A DNA stretch of 64,000 nt from Pavona decussata (Eukaryota). Shown one piece after another: positions 13,226 through 24,922 of this stretch (within the stretch, counting starts at the first letter, position 1; each line of letters opens with the position of its first letter). A model generated the notes under the pieces. It did not search any database. It saw only the letters and a list, made by a program, of their open reading frames with translations, and was not told the origin of the DNA. The position numbers and the translations under genes were made by a program. The stretch covers positions 930,001 to 994,000 of the forward strand of contig CDRNST010000046.1 in assembly GCA_977016875.1 (NCBI GenBank). The letters are read 5' to 3'.

Positions 13226-16200
13226 CACTATCATCGACCATTTAAAACACAAGAAACGCTCTGTAATCTTCTGTAAAGATACGAAATTCACTAAAAACCT
13301 ATATCTTCTCCTTTATGAAAAAAAATAGACCTCACCTTTGCTTATTTTAATGATCTCTTTCTGTAGAAGAATTGTATTTTTTAATCAAGTTTTAGAAGAA
13401 CTCATATGCACTGGTTCACAACACCTGTCCAAAGTAAAAGGACGAACAGCGATCATGGACTAACCAAACAAATCAACTAAACCATTTTTTGTCACAAAAC
13501 GAGCTACGTGTCGAGAGTGGTGAAGATGAAGTTTGGCAACCCAAAGACGGACAGTTATTTGCTTAGATCCTACAACATGTTCCATCATTGACACTTGAGA
13601 ATTAAGAATAGAAGCTGATATCCCTTGGCGATATAGAAAATCATTCTGAGCTAACTTTTCAAAAAACGCACCGTTCGCGCCTCGTTTATCTCTTCAGCCC
13701 GTTAACAAGACTATTTTATATCATCAAAACGGTAAAAAGTTTAACATTTGTAGCCTTCAATAAATAAAAATCCCGTTTTAACCGCTTAAATAACATGTTT
13801 TTGGCACAGTGCATCTAATATCTACTAAACAAAAAATAACTATTAATCCTCATGCACCTCTTTGTTCTAAACGTTTATTCTTGTTACTGATTCTATACGA
13901 AGATCATTCAGTTTTAGTTAGGAGAATTTGGCATGCTTCAAGAAATTAATCTCCTTATCTTTTTCGGCCACTTGACACAGGCATCAAACGGGGAAGTTTC
14001 AGCGGAGCACTTGAAAGTCATCTCTCTGTTTTTTCAAATTGTTCCACGATCTAAAGCACAATATGCTTTTTTAAGCTTTCCCAAATTCTTGAGCTGAATC
14101 TAAGTTGAGAGAAAAACAATTGAAGTTGGGAACAGAATCTAATTCCCGGAATCACTGGTTTTACTTTTCGATCCAAACTCCGGTTTTTTTTATTTTATTA
14201 TTATTATTATCAAGTTAGAGGCGACCATCTAAGAAATAGATACTTAAACAGATAATTCATCGAAAAGGTTTTAGTGCTGGGTCTTCGCCGAATTCATTTA
14301 GAAACGTAAACTTGTCAAAAGAAGAGAACTTGACTCGTAAGACAACGGAGATGGGTCACGAATTGTGAGAAAGGAAATAAGATTGATTTTAAGACGGTTT
14401 TTCGGGGGCAAAATAGACGATTTATCCGTAAGATTGATTTCCTATTCTGAACCCAGCGGCATAACACTGCTGGCTGAAAATATAAGCAGATAAATCGTGG
14501 TATTAAAATCCCTGAAGAGTCTAAAACCCCAATGTTTACGTATCTTTAAAATGCTTCCTAAAAATTAATTTAAGAGGTTGTATTCATCCATCTTTTTTTA
14601 AGTGTACACATTCGAAAAACCATGATCATCTATCTGCCTGACTAGCTGGGAATCAAACGGCCTGTTATCCCTATCAGGTTTCACTGGTTGCAATTATTTC
14701 ACCAGGTGATTTTTAACGAATCAAATAATTTTGCCAAGTGCGTATGGAGATCATGAGAAATTCACAGATGACTCCAATTACTGGGTTGTCACATGCGGAA
14801 AAAAAACGAATGAGTCACGTAGCAAAAGGAAATTGAAAACAATTTAATTTAGAAGTGAAGTGTCTTGAATTAACATTTTCAACACTGTCGATTTAAAGTT
14901 GTCTTGATTCCATGCATTTTATGAAATAACTTAAATTTAATAACAACAAGAGTTGCAATCTAAGATCAATGTTGTGATACAGGTTCTATATGGGTTCTCA
15001 TCTCGACAAAGATCGATATTAAACAGAGCATAAAAGTGAGACACAATAGAAATGTTGAGATACTGGGGTGTGAATTAGTTTTTTTACTGATGGACGAGGT
15101 AGACAAAAAAAGTGTATTTACTACTGAGTGGTCAGAACAAACATACAAGTTATGAGAAAAAAGATAAGCTCTATTGATGCCGAAGAAACGTCTCCTAACT
15201 ACTACTTTAACAAAAATAATAACAATAAGTGAGGGGAATTTACCTTCTGATTTTGGGACAAGATGGGTTAATTTTTTAGGATCCTTGCAATTTAAACTAT
15301 GATCATACTTCTTTCTTTCGTGGCTTAAATTTTCATCCATTCTTCTTGTAATGCTTCACTGTTTGTTGAAGATAGAGAGAAAGAACATTTCAAATTCAAC
15401 ACCGCTTCAACACATTTAACACCGCTTGCCAGTGAAAATTAATAACCCAAAATTCAAAGCCGTTCAGATGATCAACTGATATGTTTATCACCAAACTCTC
15501 AATTCTCCTAATATTAAGAAGCGACAATCAAGGAGACAAGAGGAAAGAAATATGGAAATGATCACCACAGAGAAATTTGTACGATCTTCCCAAGCATCGA
15601 GATCAGATTAAGAACTTGTATGATGGCGCTGGATTTGTTTCACAATTTTTCTTAACTGGCGTCATCTTATGTAGCTAGGGGTGGAGGGGTGGGGACTGTA
15701 ATTGCTGTTTGTGGATCGGAGTGAAATAAAACTTTGGAAATGGGAATTGGGCAACGTTGTATCCAAGAATTCCAAGATCATTGAAATACTTTTCCATATT
15801 CCTCAGTTTAAAAACGATTTCTCTTAAACTGCATATAAATGTAAAACATACTCATTAAATACATTTTTTCCAAACGAATAGTGAGAGTTACAAGGTTTAT
15901 TAATCATGACACCATGTTAAAACCACAAAGATCAAATTATTTATACGGTTTAATGGCAGTTTTGTAAGATTGACAAACTCGAGACGACGCGATTGGCATT
16001 GGAGAATCTCTTAAACAAAACAAAGAATGATATATTTTGAAGAAGCAATACTAAATGTTGAATTTAGAATTCAGCTTTGTCAACTCAGCTGAAATTAGCT
16101 GCCTATAACGCTTTTACTAAACTTTTAAATTTGTTTCACTCGATAAGAGATACAAACATTTCAGATATTAGTTTTCCATAAAGATTGTTGAGTTTCAGAA

Positions 16201-16360
16201 ATTTAGTTCAGATACAAGTCTAACGGTGATTTTCTATTATTTGGCAGCAAAAAGAGAAACAAGAAGTAGTTTTATAAAAGGAAAAAATCAGCAAAAGATA
16301 GACATGCCATGAGGCTGTTTAATCACAGATATCGTGCAAATGCCAGTTGTGTTTTCCAAG

Positions 16361-16620
16361 GAAAAACACGGGGTGGGCTTGTTTCATATTTTATCCAAAC
16401 AAGAGGCGTTATCTGAAATGAAAGGAACAATAGAGCTGCTCACGTTTGTGAAATACGCAGCAAACAAAGAACAAGGGCAGTACGGGTGGAAGGTGATACA
16501 GAAAAATATTGAGAAGCCTTCGCGTTGAAGAAGAGAGAAACGGGCAATTGAGCGACTAAACTGGATGGACTTCATCGACCAACAGTTCTTTGAGGCGCAG
16601 GCAACCCTTATATCTTTAAG
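16361..16620 (+). pseudogene. Isolated exon-like remnant with a single in-frame TGA
   Basis: Bounded by gttttccaag| and taag|gtaatc. 86 codons are open except TGA at 16526-16528. Family not recognised. Confidence 0.3.
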
Positions 16621-17100
16621 GTAATCTAAAAAAAAACTAATATAGATTTATTTTTTTCTCCGTTTTCAATCACGTTTCTTCTACAACCAAGTGATAAAAT
16701 TGATTAGTAATGATGAACTATTATGAGCCAGAGAAAAAAGTAACAATTCTTTTAATATGATGTTGTCTCAATTGGTATACAGAGACAATTTGGTTCAATT
16801 TAGTTTCCTGAAGAATCAATCTCTACTGTTTTTTGGTAACTTATATTTATGCATATACAAAAAGTGTTTGCATCATCAAGAAAAACTGATGCAATTTTAA
16901 TCGTGAAAAATATTCCCTACTCTTAGAAGTGTAACTTTTTCCCTTAACCATTAGGACGCTCAATCGAAGGAGTTAAATCCAGAGAAACTGTGATGTCTTC
17001 AAACATATTGTGAATTTACAAGATTTACTTTACAAAGGAATTGAGAAAAACATTTTTTTTTTCATAGAGGTGTAATTTTTTCCCATATCCTTCAGTACTC

Positions 17101-17161
17101 CTAAATCGCAATGTAGTTTTAATTTATGTGGAATTTGCGCGCAAGTAATAAATATTGTATT
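17101..17161 (+). mobile_element. Tiny retroposed 3'-end insertion with target-site duplication
   Basis: 61 bp ending aataaatattgtatt, flanked by gtactc at 17095 and 17162; absent from the paralogous upstream copy at about 16925-17000. Confidence 0.55.
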
Positions 17162-18744
17162 GTACTCACCAACGTAGGAATTAAATCCGAAGAGACTATG
17201 CTATGTTTTGAAATTTTAATGATGATTTGAAAAGACTTAAACTACACGAATCACTCCGCTAGTTATAATTTACTGGGTTGCTCAGAAACAGCCACTGATG
17301 AAAAATTGAGAAAATAATATTCAGTAGTGAGGAGCAATAAAACGCGATCTTTTACAACGTTATACTGAAACAAGCGATGGAGGACAAAAAGAAGGAACAT
17401 CTTGAGCTACTGCAAGGAGGTTCGCTATAACGATGTAGGCCTTATAGTCGCTCTTCAAACGAACATTTTGTTTGATGCTTTATGGTGAATATTAAGAATA
17501 CAAGAGAATATCAAAATTTAAAGCGCACAAGATTCTGGTCTGAAGTCTCTTTAAAAGTAAGATAATAGCTGTGTTTAAAGTGGTTCTTGTGTCTGTCCGG
17601 TGAACTGACAGTGAACTGATTCCAATCTCAATCCCTGATTAAACGGAAAAATTCGGGACCCATACTTGGATCCGTAAAAGCGAGAGTCCGTACTAGCGGA
17701 AGTTTACAAGAATTTTGCAGTATTTAAGAATATAAAAGAATATGAGAAGACAATGAGTGTACAAGATTCAGGAAATCTTTTTGAAAATAATATAATGCGT
17801 GGGTTTAAAGAGGTTCTTGTGATATTCAACTAATGCCAATCACTCCATGTTTTGACAGACAAGTTCAGGACCAATATTAAAAATACTGATGATGATATGA
17901 TAAAACTTGCGTAAGTGAACCACCTTTCCGTATATATTTAACAAAAAAAAATCGGAAACCTAACGAACTCGCATTGTGAATACAAGGGAAATAAGAGGGA
18001 AACAGTTCTTGGAGCTGAGTTATAGTGTCATAGGGACTGCACAAAGATTCACGCTCTAAAACCAAAAAGACCGGCTACACGCAACATCTACAGTAAGACA
18101 ATATTAATGAAGCCAATAAGTTTAGTACGATACTCTATCTGACCAATCCAGAATGTTTGTGGAAGGATGGAGAAACGGACGATAGAGACTGGGGAAAAGC
18201 AGCCACATATTTCCGCTTGTATGGTTACAAAACTCCATTGAGCACTACTTTCCTGTATATTGTTTACAACATATGTTAAGGAGGTTCTTACTTTTGCCTG
18301 CATTAAATCCAAAAGCATAACCATTATGACCGTTCAGGTAACGCGTACCGCTTGTAAGTAGTTTCTTCCCGAGATGCTTTGTTTTATAGTATTTTGAGGA
18401 AGTCTTTCCAGTTTAAAAAAATCATTCTTTTGACTGAAAAGTCAGGTTGAAACAGTAAAAGACATTCGATGACTGTTCAAGCCACAGGCTGCGCATACAA
18501 CCACGGATACAGAAATAAAATGCATGGACCCACTATAGTTACAGGGCCGTCACTCAAAAACAGACTGATATTGGGCCGGTTTAAAATGCAACGAGGACAT
18601 ATTTGTGTGACTTTTTGTGTGACAACGCGGGAACACTAAATTGTTATAAACTAAGGACATTTGTATTGCTTAAAATGAGCGGATGTCTTAGAAAACAAGT
18701 AATTTATCTTGACAGTTTTACGGCTTCAGATTGGTGGATTTCAA

Positions 18745-18897
18745 TCCATTTTGATTCTTATTTCAGATTTCCAAGATAGGGTTCCTGTCAGCGAAGGAAA
18801 CTGACAGGTTTCTGTTTTTGGTTGATATCATTCCATTTTGATTCTTATTTCCGATTCCCAAGATAGGAGTGCCTGTTACGGAAGGAAACTGACAGGT
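18745..18897. repeat. Tandem duplication (period 87) containing a hairpin
   Basis: tccattttgattcttatttc...caagatagg...cctgt...gaaggaaactgacaggt occurs twice; first copy has the stem cctgtcag/ctgacagg. Confidence 0.85.
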
Positions 18898-19691
18898 AGT
18901 AAACAGACTATTAAAGGTTGTGAAAAGGCACTTACAGCGTCAGAATTCAACATTAAGTTGTTTTAATTATATATTTTTGGGCACATTGCTTTTTAACTTC
19001 CAAAAATTCTGGGGGGGGGGGGGGGGGCTTAAGCCCCCCCTGCCCCTCCCCCCGCTACGGGCCTGAGTTAAAGAATTAACGTACAACTGAGGTATTTTTT
19101 TCGCGATGAAATTCTGTTGCAACTATTAGTGAGCCCATGGGTCTTGGCAAAGATGTTCTTAACTAACATGTCGTTATGGTAATAAGCTGGAGAAACAAGT
19201 TGCACAGTGGATGCATTATTATGATTGGACGAAGGGTAAAGGTAACTCTCTAGACATTTTAAAAAGAATTCGCCAAAAACCACAGCACAATAGCGATAGT
19301 TTTCCCTAACTGAAGAGTGAGCACTGCACGAAAATCGCTAGACTCTTGGCTGGCTTTTGTGTGCAGATTTTTAACAGCGTATGTTTGAACAAGGGAAAGA
19401 CATTAACAAGCACGATTTTATGTACGTTTTGTGATGCGAAGTACGAGGTTTGAATCGTTGTCTAAAAAGGGAAAATGCTAAACGTAGGTAAGACTCAAAA
19501 ATGCTCCTGCAAACAAAATTAACGTCTCAAAATTTCTGTACGTAGTTAACTAAACCCGTAGTGAATACGAGCAAGAGAAAGGCGAAACACGGAATTTGTG
19601 AAAGTCTAAGCTCTTCTTAAGCTACTTATCACTAGAGGTTTCCTTCGTAAAAGAATTTAAGGTTGATAGATGTATTTTTCTTATTTTAATC

Positions 19692-19818
19692 AGTGACACA
19701 GGAATACTTGGAAAAGAAAATCCCAGTTCTCCCAATTGGGGTCTAACCTATGACTTTCTGATTACTAGTTCAGATACTTTACCATTGAGCTATGTACAGG
19801 AGACTCTTTGGAGCTAAG
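19692..19818 (-). mobile_element. Degenerate tRNA-derived short repeat (SINE head)
   Basis: Reverse strand reads tagctcaatggtaaag (A-box) ... aggttagacccc (decayed B-box). Confidence 0.65.
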
Positions 19819-19928
19819 TTAGTGAGCGACTTAGAGCAGAGATGCTGATGTTGTTTAACCAAGTATCCCTGACTCAATTGGCCAGCATTGTATTTACAAA
19901 AATCTAAAAGGTTCGTCATTGATTTAAA

Positions 19929-20135
19929 ATTAAGCCTCTATATCAACATGGATATTCTCCTTATGTTTTTACAAACATTTGTTACGGTACTAGTGGGGAG
20001 AATATGTGAAAACATCAAGACATTCATCTTTGGTGATCATTTCCTTTATTATTATGACTCTAATTTTGATAAAGTAGTGACAATGTAAGGAGAAAGTTCA
20101 TGTTGATCACTATTAGGGTTTACAATGAAAGGGCT
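19929..20135. mobile_element. Degenerate MITE-like interspersed repeat
   Basis: tatcaacatggatattctccttat...gggagaat...aacatcaagacatt...tggtgatcatttcctttatt...tgtaaggagaaa..catgttgat. The ends are roughly inverted. Confidence 0.6.
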
Positions 20136-20519
20136 ATAAACATCATTCCTCTTTGTTACGTGAGGAAAAAGGCTCTTCCTCTGTGTAAGAACCTGTCAAA
20201 CTCACAAGTGACGTAAAAAAAAGCAAACAGTAGCTATAAACTCCATGAGAATAATAGTGTGCAGGGCAACAAAAGGTATAGAAAACAAAGAAAAAATATT
20301 TCACGTTTTTACAGAGTATCTTCTTAGAAAACGGAGTGTTCATTTTGTGACCTTCTCTTCGCGAATAACATTCGGGTTTGCTTGAATAGGTTTTGAAGAA
20401 ATTATGATTAACCATTTAACCTGTACATTGGCGGAATTGGCAGAGAAACGTATCGGCATTAAACAAAAGGAAAAAAAGATATGTCTGAATGGGCTATTAA
20501 ATACCCTTGCTATACGAGA

Positions 20520-20838
20520 TACGTTTTGAGTCCGTGGATGAAGTTCTTAAGTGAAACCATTCAAATGAAAGCCACTGAGCAGTACTTTCCTGTGGTTCTG
20601 TTTAAATTAAGTATGCTGTACAAGGTGGTTCTAACGTTTCAGTCTGTGGATGAAATCCTAAAGTGTGACAATTCAAATGAAAACTACTGAGCAGTATTTC
20701 AATGTGGTAGTGTTTATTATCCTTTAAAAGGTGGTTCTAACGTTCGAGCCCGTCGATAAAATCTTAAAGATGATCCCTTCTTCTGAAAGCTGTGATGGTG
20801 TCTGTTTCTCGATATTTTACAAAATATTACTAAGAATT
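20520..20838 (+). repeat. 106-bp repeat array (about 2.5 units) with the same 3' tail as 21665-22378
   Basis: Same unit; ends in tggtgtctgtttctcgatattttacaaaatattactaag. Confidence 0.9.
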
Positions 20839-21664
20839 AAATTGCTTTTGGCTAAGATGCCTGATTGACTTCTTCTCACTTGCTTAAATACACAATCACA
20901 ACTTTTTATTAGCGGTGTCACTAAGCAGGTCAGCTATATAACTGATATATTAGGACCATAAGATACAGCTGTGTTAACACACACTGAATAGAACTATGAT
21001 CCCAGCAATTTATTGCCTGATTGGAAGTGTGATAACTCACAGTGTCGGGTGCGCTCCTTTCAGTCAAAACAGGTGATGAGCCAGAAAAGACCTCAATATC
21101 GCCCTTTATTGACTGATTTTCAATAACTTTGAGCTCCGTTGCTGGCAATAAAACAATCGTATTGTACTTTTTGTATACAATGAAAAAGAGCGCTATAACA
21201 AATAGCTGTAAACAAACCGACTCAGCTGTGCACACAACAAATCAATCGATAAGGCGCTTTTTAACAAAGAAACTAAGATTTTAGGCTCCTTGCTAGTCAA
21301 GCAGTATCAGACTGTATCACGGTTTCTAATCGAGAGTGTCAGTGGTCAAACTTTAAGAGACATTGTATGCACAAGCACCAAACAGAGCGCATGCTGACCA
21401 TAGCCGGTGGTTTTCTTTCTACTATGATTTAAGTTCTTATTTTGTTTCAGTAGTGCTTGATTTTCATCTTGAACGTAAGGAACTTTCATTTAGCTTGCGC
21501 CCCGAACATTCAACGAAAGCGTTTAAAAGCTTTTGATCTCTGTAGGAGAGAAAACAAAAAAGAACTTGCAAGAAAGGTAGGACCTTTTCTTCTCGTGTTG
21601 TGACGGAAAGCGCACTCGTATGTTCAAAACGACTGGGTTTTTTTGGTAAAGCTAATTATAGATT

Positions 21665-22378
21665 AAATTGCGGATGCAATCCAAAAGAGTGACCATTCAG
21701 GTGAAAGTGGTACCTTCCTGTGTTGCTGTTTGTTATGCTGTACAAGATGGTTCTAACTTTTGAGTCTGTAGATGAAATCCTAAAGTGTGACTATTCAAAT
21801 GAAAGCTTCTGAGCAGTACCTTCCTGTGGTGCTGTTTATTATGCTGTACAATGTGGTTCTAACTTTTGAATCTGTGGATGAAGTCCTAAAGTGTGACAAT
21901 TCAAATGAAAGCTACTGAGCAGTACTTTCTTGTGGTGCTGTTTAATATGCTGTACAATGTGGTTCTAACTTTTGAGTCTGTCGATGAAGTCCTAAAGTGT
22001 GACAATTCAAATGAAAGCTACTGAGCAGTACTTTCTTGTGGTGCTGTTTATTACTCTGTACAAGATTGTTTTGAGTCTGTCGATGAAGTCTTAAAGTGTG
22101 ACCTTTCAAATAAAAGCTTATTGAGCGCTACAGTACTTTCCTGTGGTGCTGTTTAATATGCTGTACAGGGTGGATTTTGAGTCTGTGGATGAAATCCGAA
22201 AGTATGACCATTCAAATGAAAACTACTAAGCAGTACTTTCCTGTGGTGCTGTTTATTATCCTGTAAAAGGTGGCTCTAACGTTTGGGCCCCTCGATGTAA
22301 TCTGAAAGATGGTCCTTTCTTCTAAAAGCTGTAATGGTGTCTGTTGCTCGATATTTTACAAAATATTACTAAGGATTC
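21665..22378 (+). repeat. Tandem array of the 106-bp coral repeat (about 6 units) with a unique 3' tail
   Basis: ctgagcagta recurs at 21809, 21915 and 22021 (period 106). Unit ...cagtactttcctgtggtgctgtttattatgctgtacaaggtggttctaacttttgagtctgtggatgaaatcctaaagtgtgaccattcaaatgaaagcta... Confidence 0.92.
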
Positions 22379-24399
22379 GATCTTCAGCGTTAATGTTCTG
22401 CCTGATGCTTCAAAGGCCCAGCGGATGAAAGCTTGACAATTCAACGATAAGAATATATCATTTAAACCGTTTGAACTCGTTCATTTAACCATGCAGTAAA
22501 AACCGTTAGATGATACTATTTAACCGCACATATAATGTGACAGAAGAGTTAACAGAAAGCTATTTATCCTGTTTGAATTCAAGAAACTAATGTCGTGTTT
22601 TTTACCTCTTAGAAACAATTTTTAAAAACTATTTTTGTCATGATTTAAGGTCATTATAACTCCATCGATTCGTTCCATATTTTGTGAAATAATAGTTACA
22701 AGCTGTAAATAAACAGAATTTAAGGAAATAACTTTCCATTACAGTCTTGTAAGCGTTTGAGTTCAGCTCCCTAAGAGTTGATACAATTTGTACCACTGTG
22801 CTCGGTTTTTTATCAGTAAAGCTACAACTTTATATACATTTTGATAACGTCGAAAAATATCTGATTAAAGAGGCATACAGTAGTTTAATAAAAATTTCCT
22901 TTGTGGTTACTTTGTAGTATTGGCTTAAAACGCATTAACTTTCAGCAGGAGTCACTGGCTTGCTTTGTTACATCATTAAGTGAGATAACAATTCTAGTGA
23001 AATTTATACTTTGGACAAATTCGTTAATGCGTTCATGATGCATTAGATTTACTTCAAATTAACCCAATGTTGAATTGAGTAATTGGGAGAGGTGATCATC
23101 GAAGGAATAAAGGACTGACATAACGAAAGAGCGCTAACGGAGTGAGAAATAACGTGGAACAAATACCTGACTTATCTTATTGTATAAACTAAGATCAATG
23201 GTGCATGGAACGTTTGCCTGCCCTCAGCGTCCTGCATGTTCGACAATAAAATAGCCAATACACATGTACACTGCACTGTCAGCCAGTGAAGACTTAGTTC
23301 GACCATCACCAGCTTCCATTTACTGACCGTAAAGAAGCAGGCGAGCGAGAGATAGTAAATGCTGACTTTGATCATCAGTATAAACACAAGATACAAAGAA
23401 ATGATTCGCTAGGGTTCGATGTCACGCCGTCTCAATGTGCTCGTGTACAAATCTGACCAGCTTATTGCCACCGGTAAGTTCGCGCAAATAGGGCTAAGCC
23501 ACATTACTTTAACCGAATCTGTCTAATGTTCAATGGTCAAACATTATAGGAAGTCAAGTAAGGAACTCTTCTATTAACTCCCCATGCCGAAAGACAAAAC
23601 CTCATTACAGGGAATATAGGCAAAAGAAACATTCAAATCCACCGTTGAAGCACAATTGGATTTCATACGGAGCAGAACCCAGGTTACACCCATCAGAATT
23701 TGGGCTTGGGGGAACCAAGGGGTTATCATTCTCTTATGGTCTTTCTTTTAAACAATTTTAAAAACACAAGATCTGAAAAGGTCGTCATAGCTACATTGAT
23801 CCGTTCTATGTTTCGTAAGGTAAAAGTTATAAGTTGAAAAAGGAAACGATTTTCCATTGAGTTTTGTAAGCGTTTGACTTCAGCTTCCTCAACATTACGA
23901 TAAAATATTACTACCTTTTTGATCAGGAAAGCTTCATCTTTATATTAATAAGTATTTAATGATTTGCTTCGAAAAATGTCTTATTGAAGGGGCGTGGTTT
24001 AATCAAATTTTCCTTTGCAGTATTTGGCTCAAGACGTATTTCCTCACAGCAGGAGATTTAAAAATTTTGAATACTTGAATTTGGCACAAAAAAGTGGAAA
24101 GGAACGGGGAATAAACCAATTTTTAGTCAGATTTGCGGTATGGTATTTGAAGGAGCCGTCGAGCGTCATACAGAATTAAAGTACACTTGTTCACTGCTTT
24201 TGAAACTCTCTTTCGTCTTCGAGAATTAGCCTTGTCGAGGGCGCGTTCACTTGGCATCTTTTACAGATAGTAAAACTGAGACCTTAGTTCTCATAGAAAG
24301 CTTGATAACCGTGAAGATGTAGGCTCAAACTCAGTAGGACTCAATTTTATCACCAACTCGAGTCAACTGCACTTTTCATTTGACCAGAACGAAGGTCCT

Positions 24400-24922
24400 G
24401 TGCCCCGTGGGGGGCTCCCATAAATTCGCCATTTTTTAATCCCTGGTAGCTGGAGACTCCTCAGTTTTAACCATCCGAGTTGTCGAGATGCTGCTGTAGA
24501 AGGCAATGGGCCCCGTGGGGAGCTCCCCTAAATTCGCCAGTACTAACCCCCGGCCGGTAACTGGAGACCTTTAATTTACAACTCTGAGGCTCTTCACTTT
24601 CAAACTTTCGAGTTGTCGAGATGCTACTGTATTAAGCGGGTGACCGGAAAAAAGAGTCGTATAGATGACATCGTTTGGTTCAGTTCATGTATGTACTGGC
24701 CCCGTGGGGTTGTCGAGATGCTACTGTAGAAGGCAATGGGCCCCGTGGGGAGCTCCCCTAAATTCGCCAGTGTTATCCCACGAAAGCTGGAGACTCTTAC
24801 AACTACAACACTCTTCACTCTCAAACTTTCGAGTTGTCGAGGCGCTACTGCATGTATTAGCGGGTGACCGGAAAAAAAAGAGTCCTATAGATGACATCGT
24901 TCGGTTCAGTTCATGTACGTAC
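24400..24922. repeat. GC-rich modular higher-order repeat with palindromic modules
   Basis: gccccgtgggg x4, ggggagctcccc x2 plus one variant, gttgtcgag..gct.ctg x4, agcgggtgaccggaaaaaa...gatgacatcgt..ggttcagttcatgta x2. Confidence 0.9.

Noticed and set aside
14966-15340. 124-aa minus-strand ORF
   Set aside because: AT-rich, no recognisable domain and no convincing splice sites; not distinguishable from chance.
18088-18324. Faint GPCR-like words (QWSF..ICG..VSIVR) on the minus strand
   Set aside because: Spacing does not fit the TM2-TM3 pattern, and the similarity is too weak to call.
18784-18897. Hairpin loop gaaggaaactg resembling the ATP aptamer motif GGGAAGAAACUG
   Set aside because: The sequence differs from the motif, lacks the second stem with bulged G, and the stem is broken in the second copy.
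19009-19066. Poly-G run and gggggggcttaagccccccc palindrome as a functional G-quadruplex or terminator
   Set aside because: It looks like the end of a common G/C-run MITE (gctacgggcctg), with no associated gene.
20481-20690. ORF containing MKATEQYFPVVLF...ILKCDNSNENY
   Set aside because: It is a translation of the 106-bp tandem repeat. The unit length is not a multiple of 3 and each unit contains stops.
23670-23730. Twister-like string (minus strand taacccc...ggttcccccaagccc)
   Set aside because: The P4 loop length and pseudoknot partners do not fit the twister consensus.
24400-24922. CRISPR-like array or HDV-like ribozyme (minus strand has a variable hairpin followed by GGCGAAU)
   Set aside because: Eukaryotic context, no cas genes, and the spacers are related to each other. 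I could not build P1, P2, P3 or P1.1 pairings for an HDV fold.
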